A stretch of 33,564 bases of DNA from an uncultured Candidatus Melainabacteria bacterium (GCA_934675695.1 CAKURN010000001.1:1-33564), one strand, 5' to 3'; positions 1-9,691 are shown, counted from the stretch's first letter. Translations and numbers: made by a program. Notes: generated by a model from the letters alone, not told the origin.

Positions 1-57
1 ATAGATAAAAAATGGATTGTGAAATAGAGAAAGATAAAGTAAGTAAAAAATCCTCCT

Positions 58-1386
58 ATGGAAAAGCATTTAAAGCAGCCGCTTGATACCAATAAGCCGG
101 CGCCGGTAGCTTTTGAGGGTGATGATCTTACTTATGATGAGCGTGATGGAAGTTTCATTGCCCGTGGCAAGGTTAATATATTGCAAATGGATGCGCATAA
201 ATTTCAGGGCGAGGAAATAAGAGGCAATCTACAAAAACATGAGGTTGAGTTTCCTGAAAAAGCGCATGTTTTGCAAATGACGCCTGGTCAGTTAAGAGTT
301 ACGCTCGATGGCTATAAGGGGCAATATAATTATGAAAAAAAGACGGGCTTTTTAGCAAATGCCAAAGGCAAAGCTGGTGCGCATTATATAACAGCCAAGC
401 GGTTTGAATTTTATCCTGATCACATCGTAGCCTATGATGGTACAGAAACGAAGTGTGGCGCTAAGAAACCGGATTATCATTTAAGCGCCGATAAAATTAC
501 GATTTATCCTAATCAAAAAACGATTATGGAAAATGTCAAATTTTGGCTTAAAAATACGGTTATCTTAAAGCGTAAGCATTATGAAGCGGACACTTCACCA
601 GGGGCTAGAGAAGTAAATTATCCGCGTATTGGCTATAATAGTGATGATAAGCTCTATTTAAATTGGCATTTGACCTTTCCTGCTTGGCAAAATATCAATG
701 CGCATGCCAACATTCTGGTTACCGGTGAAAATGGCTGGCGCAGTAATTATGATGTAACTTGGGCTAATCAGGGAATGGAAACCAGGCTGGTATATGGTCA
801 TTTTGAAGATGGTGATGAAAACTGGATAAAAAAGGAACCGTCATTATTGTGGAAATATCAGCATAATATAGGCAGAACTCACTTTATTTATGATATGAAT
901 TATGAATTTGGCCGCTGGTATGGCAGTGGTATTCATAGTAATCATACTGAATATGGCTATGGACTGGGCTATGATCCGATAAAATTTCATCGCTATACAC
1001 TATATATGCATATCGGTCATGGCAAGACTAAGGAATCATATGATGATTCACAGGTTACTGGTCTTTCCAGTGACATTGTGCTGACTAAAGATTTTGATGA
1101 ACGATGGGCGGCTTATACTGGTTATCATTATAGTAAAAAGGACAGAGCAAATTCATTATTTTCCTATGATACCGATGATTACTCCAAGAAATTAGAGTCG
1201 GGATTCAGCTATCGTTTAGATACACATAATCGTTTGGTAATTGGTACTAAATACAGCTTGGATAAGAGTGAATGGAAGGATATAGACTACTATTGGTATC
1301 ATGATCTCCATTGCTCAGAAGTGGTATTGCGGTATAGATCTAAGCAAAATCATTGGAATATCCGCTGGCAGTTTACACCGTGGTAA
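58..1386 (+). CDS. lptD: LptD/OstA-family LPS-assembly outer-membrane protein (short form)
   Basis: The N-terminal third has an OstA-like pattern (FEGDDLTYDERDGSFIARGKVNILQMD ... GTETKCGAKKPDYHLSADKITIYPNQKTIMENVKFWLKNTVIL). The C-terminal part is Tyr/Trp/Gly-rich and beta-barrel-like, ending in an aromatic residue (QFTPW). It sits directly upstream of the heptose pathway genes. In-frame stops at 25-27 and 40-42 fix the start at 58. No signal peptide is visible. Confidence 0.5.
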   Translation: MEKHLKQPLDTNKPAPVAFEGDDLTYDERDGSFIARGKVNILQMDAHKFQGEEIRGNLQKHEVEFPEKAHVLQMTPGQLRVTLDGYKGQYNYEKKTGFLANAKGKAGAHYITAKRFEFYPDHIVAYDGTETKCGAKKPDYHLSADKITIYPNQKTIMENVKFWLKNTVILKRKHYEADTSPGAREVNYPRIGYNSDDKLYLNWHLTFPAWQNINAHANILVTGENGWRSNYDVTWANQGMETRLVYGHFEDGDENWIKKEPSLLWKYQHNIGRTHFIYDMNYEFGRWYGSGIHSNHTEYGYGLGYDPIKFHRYTLYMHIGHGKTKESYDDSQVTGLSSDIVLTKDFDERWAAYTGYHYSKKDRANSLFSYDTDDYSKKLESGFSYRLDTHNRLVIGTKYSLDKSEWKDIDYYWYHDLHCSEVVLRYRSKQNHWNIRWQFTPW

Positions 1387-1398
1387 TGAGGTAAGATT

Positions 1399-2388
1399 AT
1401 GAAGGAAGAGTTAATACCAATAGTTTCGCAGCTGCAAGGAAAAAAAATATTGGTTATCGGGGATATGGTAGCTGATATTTATCTTGAAGGACGCATATCA
1501 CGCATTTCGCGGGAAGCCCCCGTGCTGGTATTAGAGCAAGCTGGGGAAAAAATCGTTGCTGGTGGTGCCGCTAACGTAGTAAACAATGTTGCAACGCTTG
1601 GTGGTGAAGTTTATGCAGTAGGGCTTTTAGGTGATGACCATGCAGCTGCGGGGATAAAAAAAGCTTTGCAAGAAAATGGAGCCAATACCGAAGGCCTGCT
1701 TTTAGATGCCTCACGACCGACGATTGCTAAGACCCGTATTATCGCAGGCGGAAGGGCAACAGTCAGCCAGCAGATTGTGCGTATTGATAAGGAAAGCCAT
1801 CAGCCCATGGACAAGGATTTTGAACAGAAGATATTAAAATATATCGAAAAACTGCTTCCGAAAATAGAAGGAGTTGTCATAAGTGATTACGGTTCAGGAA
1901 CTGTGACACCAGCCATTCAAAAGCAGCTTATAAAGTGCTGCCGCAAACGAAATATACCTAGTATAGTTGATTCTAGGTACGGTATACATGAGTTCAAAAA
2001 TATTGGCTATATTAAGCAAAATGATGCTGAATTGGCAGCGGCTGTAGGACGGGAATTAAGCGATGAGGAATCGCTCTATGATGCTGGTCAGGAACTGTTA
2101 AATGAATTAAGTGCCGATGGTGTATTAGTAACCCGTGGTGAAAAAGGCATGGTTCTATTGGAAAAAGATGGCGCAATCCATGATATTCCAGTGTCGGATA
2201 AAAGTGAAGTATTTGATGTATCGGGAGCAGGCGATACCTGTGTTGCTACCGTGATTTTGGCATTAGCTGCAGGCAGTGAACCGGCGAAAGCCGCGGAAAT
2301 CAGTAACTTTGCCAGCGGTATTGCCGTGCGAAAACTTGGTACTAGCACAGTAAGTGCCACTGAACTTAGAAACGTATTGCAAAAATAA
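1399..2388 (+). CDS. rfaE1: D-glycero-beta-D-manno-heptose-7-phosphate kinase (RfaE/HldE domain I, PfkB family), copy 1 (divergent)
   Basis: N-terminal motif KILVIGDMVADIYLEGRISRISREAPVLVLE and C-terminal PfkB anion-hole motif DVSGAGDT. SD GAGGTAA lies upstream. It is immediately followed by the adenylyltransferase gene. Confidence 0.85.
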   Translation: MKEELIPIVSQLQGKKILVIGDMVADIYLEGRISRISREAPVLVLEQAGEKIVAGGAANVVNNVATLGGEVYAVGLLGDDHAAAGIKKALQENGANTEGLLLDASRPTIAKTRIIAGGRATVSQQIVRIDKESHQPMDKDFEQKILKYIEKLLPKIEGVVISDYGSGTVTPAIQKQLIKCCRKRNIPSIVDSRYGIHEFKNIGYIKQNDAELAAAVGRELSDEESLYDAGQELLNELSADGVLVTRGEKGMVLLEKDGAIHDIPVSDKSEVFDVSGAGDTCVATVILALAAGSEPAKAAEISNFASGIAVRKLGTSTVSATELRNVLQK

Positions 2389-2399
2389 TGAGGTAAATT

Positions 2400-2867
2400 A
2401 TGTTAATTCAGGCGGATGATATAGAGACATTATGTGCGATTTTACATCGTGCGGGACAGCGCATTGTTTTTACTAATGGCTGTTTTGATATTTTGCATGC
2501 AGGTCATGTGGAATATCTGAATAAAGCGCGCTCTTTTGGCGATTGCTTGGTTTTAGGATTAAATACGGATGCTTCGGTCAGGGGCAACAAAGGACCGTCA
2601 CGCCCCATAAATAATGAATTAAATCGGGCTAAAGTAGCAGACGCTTTGCAGGCGGTAGATTATGTCGTGCTGTTTGGTGAAAAAACGGCAGAAGATTTAA
2701 TAGCGAAAGTAAAACCGGATGTTTATGTAAAAGGCGGTGATTACACGCTAGCTACTTTGCCTGAAGCTAAAATTGTCCAAAGCTATGGCGGCAGGGTAGA
2801 ATTTATCCAAATGGTAGCTGGCTGTTCAACGACTAATGTAATAAAGAAAATTCAGGGTGGTGAATAA
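2400..2867 (+). CDS. rfaE2: D-glycero-beta-D-manno-heptose-1-phosphate adenylyltransferase (RfaE/HldE domain II, cytidylyltransferase fold)
   Basis: VFTNGCFDILHAGHVEYL (HxGH nucleotidyltransferase motif). Size is 155 aa. SD GAGGTAA lies upstream. Confidence 0.9.
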   Translation: MLIQADDIETLCAILHRAGQRIVFTNGCFDILHAGHVEYLNKARSFGDCLVLGLNTDASVRGNKGPSRPINNELNRAKVADALQAVDYVVLFGEKTAEDLIAKVKPDVYVKGGDYTLATLPEAKIVQSYGGRVEFIQMVAGCSTTNVIKKIQGGE

Positions 2868-2872
2868 CTGCC

Positions 2873-3892
2873 ATGAAAAATATCTTAATTGTAAAATTAA
2901 GTGCTATTGGTGATGTTATCCACGCTATGCCGGTAGCTCATGCGATAAAAGAAACGTATCCTGAGGCACATATAACTTGGGTAGTCGAACCGTCCGCGTA
3001 TGATTTGCTAGCGATGAATACTGATGTCGATGAGATAATATTGTTCAAAAAAAAGGAATTTAAGTCAATAGGCGGCTTCCTTGAAAACTATGGACCACTT
3101 AAAAGAGAGATCCAAAAACGCAATTATGATGCAGTGCTTGATTTGCAAGGCTTGTTTAAATCAGCAGCAATTGCTTATTTAGCAAAAGCTCCGCGCAAAC
3201 TTGGTATGTGCAATATGCGGGAACTAAGTGATAAGGTTTCTCAGCCAGTTATTGGCCCTAATGCTAAAGGGCATATTGTAGAACGTTACCTGGATGTAGC
3301 AAGAGCTATAGGCTGTAAAGCAGAAAATGCCGAGTTTTCGCTTAATGTGCCTGATAGGGAAGCAGATTTAACAAGGATGCGGTTTAGTCAAGCTGGCGCC
3401 AATATGGGTAATCCCTATGTAGTATTAGCGGTTGGCGCTAATTGGCCGAATAAACGCTGGCCTGAGGAAAATTTTGCTAGGCTTGCCGATTGGCTATACA
3501 CCAAACGGCTGATACCGGTACTAGTAGGCGGTGGCGTCGTTGATGAACAGCGGGCGGCAGCTATCAGTGCCCAAAGTGAGATACCACCGGTTAATTTGGT
3601 AGGTCAAACAAATCTTAAGCAGTTAGCATATACTATACAGCAAGCACAGCTGGTTATTGGTGGTGACACGGGACCAGTGCATTTAGCAGCTGGATTAAAA
3701 GTTCCGACTATAATGTTGATGGGACCGACTAATGCAACCCGCAATGGTCCTTATGGACAGTTAGCAAATGCTATTGAAGCAGATAGAGCGTGCAAGCATT
3801 GTTGGAAAAGGGCTTGTCCGGACAATAAAGATTGTTTAAATGCAATTGCGGCAGTTCAGGTTATGGCGAAGGCGGAAGAAATATTGCTTTAA
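2873..3892 (+). CDS. waaC: GT9 ADP-heptose:LPS heptosyltransferase, WaaC-like
   Basis: ILIVKLSAIGDVIHAMPVAHAIKETYPEAHITWVVE, NYDAVLDLQGLFKSAAIA, HIVERYLDVA, GGDTGPVHLAA and a C-terminal Cys cluster (CKHCWKRACPDNKDC). The pattern resembles E. coli WaaC as I remember it. Confidence 0.7.
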   Translation: MKNILIVKLSAIGDVIHAMPVAHAIKETYPEAHITWVVEPSAYDLLAMNTDVDEIILFKKKEFKSIGGFLENYGPLKREIQKRNYDAVLDLQGLFKSAAIAYLAKAPRKLGMCNMRELSDKVSQPVIGPNAKGHIVERYLDVARAIGCKAENAEFSLNVPDREADLTRMRFSQAGANMGNPYVVLAVGANWPNKRWPEENFARLADWLYTKRLIPVLVGGGVVDEQRAAAISAQSEIPPVNLVGQTNLKQLAYTIQQAQLVIGGDTGPVHLAAGLKVPTIMLMGPTNATRNGPYGQLANAIEADRACKHCWKRACPDNKDCLNAIAAVQVMAKAEEILL

Positions 3893-3909
3893 GAAGGAAG
3901 GCTAGGAAG

Positions 3910-5949
3910 TTGTTTTTGGGATTTAAACGCGACTCACGATTAGAATCATTTTGGAATAATATTCAGCGCGATTTGCGGTTATTTATTTTTATATTGCTAT
4001 TGGTATGTTTATATCGAGCTGTATTTATGCTCATCATGCATTCGTATATAAATTCAGTTACGGAAATGCATGAAATTTTTTTGGCTAACTGGATGGGAAT
4101 GCGATTGTCACTAAAAACGGCTGGTGGTGCAGCACTAGTGACATTTGTATTTTTGACTCTGACTAACTTAGCAATACCTAAATTATATAAGCTGAACAAT
4201 AAATTGCGATTATATTGGGGAACATTAGTAAGTTTTGTATTTAACGTGCTTTTTGTTGCCCGTTTTCCCTTTTATAATCAATTTCATATGACCTATAATG
4301 CACAGCAGGTAATGGCAGGTGCCAATGAAAAAACAGGTTCCGTTCTAACCATGATGATTCAGGATTATGGACTTATTTGGCGTATGGCTATTGCGATATT
4401 ATTAACTATTGTTTGCTGTATGATGCTTCGTAAATTGCTGCAAGTTAGAACATTGGAGATGCCTAGTTTTTTGCAGGGCAGACCACTTATGTTTACCCCA
4501 TTATTTGTGGTAGTTTTTGCGGCTTTTTTCCTGTTTGTACGCTTTGGCGGCTCCTTTACTTTTGGCAGTGGCATAAACTGGGAAAGTTCAGGCGTCACTA
4601 GTGATGATTTTCTTAATGAATGTGTGTTAGATGATATGCAGGCTATGTATCGAGTTCGGGCACAAAATGAACGCATGAAATCAGGTAAGGCAGCTAGTTT
4701 TGTTAATCAAGAAAATATTCGCGATTATCTGCATTTCGTGGCTGGTCATAATGAAGAAAATGGTGATGATATAACAGCATATCTTGCCCGTACGGCGAAA
4801 GGACCGCATATAAATAAACCTCAGCATATATTTATAATACTAGAAGAAAGTGGTGCCGCTTGGCCACTTTTGGACAAATATGCTGATTTGCATGTAGCAG
4901 ACGGAATAAAAAGTTTGATTAATTCGTCTAATGGCTATGGAACACATGCGTTTATGCCTAATGGTGAATATACATCCGTGGCCTTTGATGGTATTATTTC
5001 TGGGTTATCTGAGATGAGGGTAGCTGTAAATTATCAGCCACGCAGTGTAAAGGAACAATATCCGACGGCACTGGCAACGCAACTAAAGAAACTTGGTTAT
5101 AAGGTTGATTTTTGGTATGGTGGCAATCCGTCTTGGGCCAGCATGAAGCAGTTTGCTTTGACGCAAGGCTTTGATAATTTCTATGGGTATACTGATATGG
5201 GAGTGCCAAAGGTAAATACTTTTGGTACATCTGATGAATATTTGCTTCAAGCGCTGTATGAACATTTACCGGAAGAACAGCCTACTGTTCATGTGGTTAA
5301 GACGGAATCAGATCATCCGCCATATAACATTGATTTAGAGGCTGAAGGATTTGATTTAGCAAGAACAGAGGAACTGACGGCCGCAATGCCTGATGTAGAA
5401 AATCCTAAACAGTTGGCTAAAGAGATAGGACATTATTGGTATACTGATAAAGTTGTAACCGAATTTATCAAAAAGACGGAAGCTAAATATCCTGATAGTT
5501 TGTTTATCGTGACTGGTGACCATGCAGTAAGGACTGATCCAAGCCGTCATCCGACACTGTTTGAACATCAGGCAGTACCGCTTCTTATATATGGTGCGGG
5601 GATAAATAAAGATATATTGCCAACTAATGCTCCAGGTGGGCTTACTAGTATTATGCCGACAATTATGGAGCTTATAGCACCGAAAGGATTTGTCTATTAC
5701 TCTATAGTGCCGAGTATGACTGAAGCTGATGGCGTCAATGGTATGCAGGCTGGTTTTAACACTAGCTGTTTCTTAACACGAAATGCTATGGGTGCAGTTG
5801 ATAAGGAAACTATGGAAAGCCTGCCATGGACGCCTAATGGTACTTTTGACGCAGATGCGGAACGGGCTAAAGCTATGAAGTGGCTGCCGGCAGCGCGCAC
5901 AATATCATGGTGGCTAGCAGTTCATGGTACGGATTTAAACGCAAAGTAA
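3910..5949 (+). CDS. Sulfatase-family (alkaline-phosphatase superfamily) membrane transferase, LtaS/MdoB-like, paralogue A
   Basis: Multi-TM N-terminal half, then PQHIFIILEESGAAWP, YPDSLFIVTGDHAV and IMPTIMELIAPKGF. The track ORF starts at 3832 but overlaps waaC by 60 nt. In-frame TTG 3910 sits about 9 nt after AAGGAAGG and is the likelier start. Confidence 0.75.
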   Translation: MFLGFKRDSRLESFWNNIQRDLRLFIFILLLVCLYRAVFMLIMHSYINSVTEMHEIFLANWMGMRLSLKTAGGAALVTFVFLTLTNLAIPKLYKLNNKLRLYWGTLVSFVFNVLFVARFPFYNQFHMTYNAQQVMAGANEKTGSVLTMMIQDYGLIWRMAIAILLTIVCCMMLRKLLQVRTLEMPSFLQGRPLMFTPLFVVVFAAFFLFVRFGGSFTFGSGINWESSGVTSDDFLNECVLDDMQAMYRVRAQNERMKSGKAASFVNQENIRDYLHFVAGHNEENGDDITAYLARTAKGPHINKPQHIFIILEESGAAWPLLDKYADLHVADGIKSLINSSNGYGTHAFMPNGEYTSVAFDGIISGLSEMRVAVNYQPRSVKEQYPTALATQLKKLGYKVDFWYGGNPSWASMKQFALTQGFDNFYGYTDMGVPKVNTFGTSDEYLLQALYEHLPEEQPTVHVVKTESDHPPYNIDLEAEGFDLARTEELTAAMPDVENPKQLAKEIGHYWYTDKVVTEFIKKTEAKYPDSLFIVTGDHAVRTDPSRHPTLFEHQAVPLLIYGAGINKDILPTNAPGGLTSIMPTIMELIAPKGFVYYSIVPSMTEADGVNGMQAGFNTSCFLTRNAMGAVDKETMESLPWTPNGTFDADAERAKAMKWLPAARTISWWLAVHGTDLNAK

Positions 5950-5958
5950 GGAAATATT

Positions 5959-7125
5959 ATGTATAAAAATATTCTAGTTATCAATCTCATGCATATTGGC
6001 GATTTAATGCTGACAACGCCGGTGCTTAGAACTCTGCGCACAAATTTTCCTAAGGCACGCATAACCATGCTGGCCGATAAGAAACTAAAAGATTTGGTTG
6101 AATACAATGAGCATATAGACGGCTGTCTGTTTTTAGATAAAAAGGGCAAGGACAATCATTTAGGGACATTCTTGCATTTTATCAAAAAGGTGCGGCAGCA
6201 GCATTTTGATTTAGTAATTAATCTTCATCGCAATGAGCGGGCTTCAGCAATCGCAGCTTTTAGCGGGGCTAAGAAAATTGTGGGTTACAGTAAACCTGGT
6301 TTTTCATTATTATTTTCGAAAGTCATGCAAAATCCTTCGGTTGCTCATCATATAGGACGAGGTCCTTGGGGACTGATTCCGCCACATCGCTATGTGCCAG
6401 GCTGGGAGCATCAGGTAACAGCCCATCTAAAGGTGCTGACGGAGACGGGGATAGTTGATAAAGTCGATGATGGCGGACTGGAATTGTGGTTGCCGGAAGC
6501 AGCAGAAAATGAAGCTAGTAAGCTATGGGCGCAGGAATTTAATCTAGCCGACAAGGTTATTGCTTTTAATATCGGTGCTAGCTGGAAAACAAAACGCTGG
6601 CTCGACAGTTATTTTGCTAAATGTGCTGATGAGTTAATAGCTAGAGGGTATCATATCGCCTTTTTGGGTGGTCCGATGGATTTAGAAATTGTGCATAATT
6701 GCATAAAACAGATGCAGAACAAGACAAGTTCTAATTTGCATATTTTTACCGGTAAGGTCGGGCTGGCAGTGTTAGCTGGTTTATTAAAGCGCTGCTGTCT
6801 TTTCCTAACGACAGATTCTGGACCTATGCATATCGGGGTAGCGATGAATGTGCCGATAATAACTATGTTTGGGGCATCACCTGTCCCAGGGTTTTATCCG
6901 TATGATGCCAAAGATATTTTGTTAAAATCTCCGGTTAAATGTCATCCTTGCGGGATTCATGAATGTCCGCATATAGGTGAAGCAAACTTAGCGTGCATGA
7001 AAAAAATAAAGCCGGCGACAGTTATGCAATATGTAGATGAGCTCTTAGCTAGGTATAATGGCGAACCAGCGTATAAATTGCCCGCACATTATGGTGAGTA
7101 TCAGTGTCGGGTAGTAGAAGTATAA
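5959..7125 (+). CDS. GT9 heptosyltransferase family glycosyltransferase (second copy, with internal insertion)
   Basis: ILVINLMHIGDLMLTTPVLRTLRTNFPKARITMLAD, FDLVINLHRNERASAIA, TTDSGPMHIGVAMNVP and C-terminal CHPCGIHECPH..LACM. Confidence 0.8.
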   Translation: MYKNILVINLMHIGDLMLTTPVLRTLRTNFPKARITMLADKKLKDLVEYNEHIDGCLFLDKKGKDNHLGTFLHFIKKVRQQHFDLVINLHRNERASAIAAFSGAKKIVGYSKPGFSLLFSKVMQNPSVAHHIGRGPWGLIPPHRYVPGWEHQVTAHLKVLTETGIVDKVDDGGLELWLPEAAENEASKLWAQEFNLADKVIAFNIGASWKTKRWLDSYFAKCADELIARGYHIAFLGGPMDLEIVHNCIKQMQNKTSSNLHIFTGKVGLAVLAGLLKRCCLFLTTDSGPMHIGVAMNVPIITMFGASPVPGFYPYDAKDILLKSPVKCHPCGIHECPHIGEANLACMKKIKPATVMQYVDELLARYNGEPAYKLPAHYGEYQCRVVEV

Positions 7126-7144
7126 AAAGGAAAAGGGGAGTTCG

Positions 7145-8122
7145 ATGGATAAGCAAAGGCTGTATGATTTTGTCGCTCAAAATACGAGCAAATGCCGGAT
7201 ACTAGTAGTCGGTGATGTCATGCTGGATAAATATTATTATGGAGAAGTCACGCGGATATCACCAGAGGCACCAGTGCCCATAACGCATGTAACTAGCTCC
7301 AAAGAAACGCTCGGTGGCGCAGCCAATGTGGCGCACAATTTGGCACTTTTAGGCTGCGAGACGTTTATTGCTGGATTCGTTGGTGATGACTATCATTGCC
7401 AAAGCTTACTAGATAAATTTACAGCTTGCGGGATTGACTATAAAGGACTTATCCATACCGAGCGGCCGACTACGACTAAGTTAAGAGTTATGGGCGGGCA
7501 TCAGCAAATGTTAAGACTTGATTTTGAAGAAGCTGCACCGATTGATGGGCCTTATGCTGAAAGATTGCAAAATTATATCGAATGTAAATTGAGTGAAAGT
7601 CTCGATGCGGTTATTATTTCAGATTATGGCAAAGGTGCCTGCACGGAAAAAAGCTGTGACCGCATAATAAGAGCATGTCATGCGCATGGCGTGCCAGTTA
7701 TTGTTGATCCGAAGGGGACTAATTGGACAAAATACGCACATGTTGATTATATAACGCCAAATCTTAAAGAACTGAATGCAGTTTTAGCTGAGCCTATCAA
7801 AAATCGTGACGAAGCCGTGGAAAAGGCAGCGCATTACGTCATGCGAAAATACCGTTTAAAAAACATAATAGTTACCCGCTCGGAAAATGGCATGTCACTA
7901 GTGACAGATAAGTGTATAACACATATTCCGACCAAAGCGCAGGAGGTATTTGATGTATCTGGTGCGGGTGATACGGTTATTGCGGTATTTGCAACGGGAC
8001 TTGCTGGCGGAATTTCGCCTGAAGATAGCGCAAGACTGGCTAATCTTGCCGCTAGTGTAGTAGTAGCAAAACTTGGTACCTATGCGGTAAGTCGGGAAGA
8101 ACTATTGCAAGTGCTGAAATAA
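7145..8122 (+). CDS. rfaE1: D-glycero-beta-D-manno-heptose-7-phosphate kinase (RfaE/HldE domain I), copy 2 (canonical-looking)
   Basis: ILVVGDVMLDKYYYGEVTRISPEAPVPI is close to the canonical HldE N-terminus. DVSGAGDT is present. It lies adjacent to hldD-gmhB. Confidence 0.85.
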   Translation: MDKQRLYDFVAQNTSKCRILVVGDVMLDKYYYGEVTRISPEAPVPITHVTSSKETLGGAANVAHNLALLGCETFIAGFVGDDYHCQSLLDKFTACGIDYKGLIHTERPTTTKLRVMGGHQQMLRLDFEEAAPIDGPYAERLQNYIECKLSESLDAVIISDYGKGACTEKSCDRIIRACHAHGVPVIVDPKGTNWTKYAHVDYITPNLKELNAVLAEPIKNRDEAVEKAAHYVMRKYRLKNIIVTRSENGMSLVTDKCITHIPTKAQEVFDVSGAGDTVIAVFATGLAGGISPEDSARLANLAASVVVAKLGTYAVSREELLQVLK

Positions 8123-8168
8123 TCTGTTATACCATAAGAGCGATTTACTCAAGGCTGGAGGAAGAATA

Positions 8169-9155
8169 ATGATTATTGTAACTGGAGGCGCCGGTTTTAT
8201 CGGCAGCAATATTGTAAAAGAATTAAATAATCGTGGGCGGGCAGATATTTTGATTGTCGATGATTTAAAGGATGGTCAGAATTATAAAAATCTGCGGGGG
8301 CTTAAATTTATTGACTATCAGCATAAGGATGATTTTCTGCAAAGTATCGAAAACGATGATTTTGATGGCACAGATATTGATGCAGTATTTCATGAAGGTG
8401 CCTGCTCGGATACGATGGAATATGACGTTAATTATATGATGCGGGTAAACTATGAATATTCTAAGTCACTGCTGCATTTTTGCTTGCAGCATCGGATACC
8501 TTTTATGTATGCATCGTCTGCTTCTACCTATGGCAGTGGTAAAAATGGTTTTCGTGAAGGCGATGAATGTGAAGATGCGTTAAATCCGTATGCTTTCAGC
8601 AAACTGGCTTTTGACCGTTATGTGCGGCAGGTAATGCCTGAGGCACACAGTCAGATTGTGGGACTTAAATATTTCAACGTTTATGGACCGCAGGAACATC
8701 ATAAAGGTAAAATGGCATCAATTTTTTATCAGCTTTACAATCAGATAAAAGAAACCGGCAAAGCCCGGCTTTTCCGTGGCTGGGGTGAAATCGCTGGTAA
8801 GCCAGTAGCTGATGGCGAGCAGCGGCGTGACTTTGTCTATGTAAAAGATGTGGTTAATGTAAATCTTTGGTTCTGGGAGCATAAAGCTCCGAGTGGTATT
8901 TATAACTGCGGTACGGGTCAGGCTCATTCCTATAACGAAGTAGCTAAGGCAGTTATTTCAGCTATGGGGACGGGTGAAATAGCTTATCGGGATTTTCCGG
9001 AAGTTCTCAAGGGCAAATATCAAAACTTTACTGAATCGGATTCAACTAATCTTTTGGCAGCTGGTTATGATGAAGGCTTCCACAACATGAATGAAGCTGT
9101 CAAAGAATACGTTGATTTCCTTGAAAACGGTGGTTACTTTGTCTATGGCAAATAA
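8169..9155 (+). CDS. hldD: ADP-L-glycero-D-manno-heptose 6-epimerase
   Basis: MIIVTGGAGFIGSNIV Rossmann motif, ASSASTYG and YAFSK (SDR catalytic YxxxK). Size is 328 aa. SD GGAGGA lies upstream. Confidence 0.9.
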   Translation: MIIVTGGAGFIGSNIVKELNNRGRADILIVDDLKDGQNYKNLRGLKFIDYQHKDDFLQSIENDDFDGTDIDAVFHEGACSDTMEYDVNYMMRVNYEYSKSLLHFCLQHRIPFMYASSASTYGSGKNGFREGDECEDALNPYAFSKLAFDRYVRQVMPEAHSQIVGLKYFNVYGPQEHHKGKMASIFYQLYNQIKETGKARLFRGWGEIAGKPVADGEQRRDFVYVKDVVNVNLWFWEHKAPSGIYNCGTGQAHSYNEVAKAVISAMGTGEIAYRDFPEVLKGKYQNFTESDSTNLLAAGYDEGFHNMNEAVKEYVDFLENGGYFVYGK

Positions 9156-9645
9156 AGCAGTGTTTTTTGACCGTGATGGCACTTTAAATGTCGATGTGCA
9201 TTATTTGCATCGGCCAGAAGATTTTATTTGGATAGATGGCGCTAAAGAAGCGATTAAATACGTGAAAGATCAGGGATATTTAGCAATATTAGTCACCAAT
9301 CAAAGTGGGGTGGCGCGCGGTTTCTATCCTGAAAGTGATGTAGTGGCGGTTTATAACCGGATGAATCAGGAATTAGCTAAAATTGGTACTGAATTGGATG
9401 CATTATATTACTGCCCACATCATCCGGATGGTAAAATTGCGGTTTATCGCAAAGTTTGTGATTGCCGCAAACCGGGCCCGTTGCTAATAAATAAGGCCTG
9501 TCAAAAATATGACATTGATAAAAAGCAATCTTATTTCGTTGGTGATACTGCAACTGACATGCAATGTGCTAAAAATGCGGGCATAATTGGCATAAAATAT
9601 GAAAATGGCAGTTTATATGACTTAGTAAAAAGCTCCATCAAATGA
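9145..9645 (+). CDS. gmhB: D-glycero-D-manno-heptose 1,7-bisphosphate phosphatase (HAD family)
   Basis: AVFFDRDGTLN (HAD DxDGT motif), VTNQSGVARG, CDCRKP and VGDTATDMQ. The track start 9091 lies inside hldD. ATG 9145 overlaps the hldD stop by 11 nt (hldD TAA at 9153-9155) and places the HAD motif at the N-terminus. Confidence 0.85.
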   Translation: MANKAVFFDRDGTLNVDVHYLHRPEDFIWIDGAKEAIKYVKDQGYLAILVTNQSGVARGFYPESDVVAVYNRMNQELAKIGTELDALYYCPHHPDGKIAVYRKVCDCRKPGPLLINKACQKYDIDKKQSYFVGDTATDMQCAKNAGIIGIKYENGSLYDLVKSSIK

Positions 9646-9654
9646 TGGGGCTTT

Positions 9655-9665
9655 TGTGGTATAAT
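9655..9665 (+). promoter_or_regulatory. Candidate extended -10 promoter element (TGTGGTATAAT)
   Basis: TGn-TATAAT lies at 9657-9665, just after the gmhB stop and ahead of the AT-rich cassette. No clear -35 was seen. Confidence 0.3.
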
Positions 9666-9691
9666 AGCAATGTCAATGTAATTGGTAAAAA

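Noticed and set aside
46-57. On the minus strand, AGGAGGA (complement of TCCTCCT at 51-57) might be the SD of a divergent gene.
   Set aside because: No ATG, GTG or TTG lies at a suitable distance downstream on the minus strand within the window, so this cannot be supported.
2088-2360. Minus-strand 90-aa ORF. Many similar antisense ORFs in the track fall in the same class: 3963-4199, 4365-4676, 4994-5265, 5356-5900, 8718-8927, 10230-10514, 13391-13931, 14157-14396, 15714-15950, 16496-17152, 19077-19271, 20702-20956, 21783-21971, 29766-30248 and 31470-31872.
   Set aside because: Each lies entirely inside a well-supported gene on the opposite strand. They have no SD and give low-complexity or odd composition. 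They are shadow ORFs.
3832-3909. Upstream extension of the sulfatase-family ORF (track start 3832).
   Set aside because: It overlaps waaC by 60 nt and translates to a non-membrane, Gly/Cys-rich peptide. In-frame TTG 3910, behind AAGGAAGG, is a better start.
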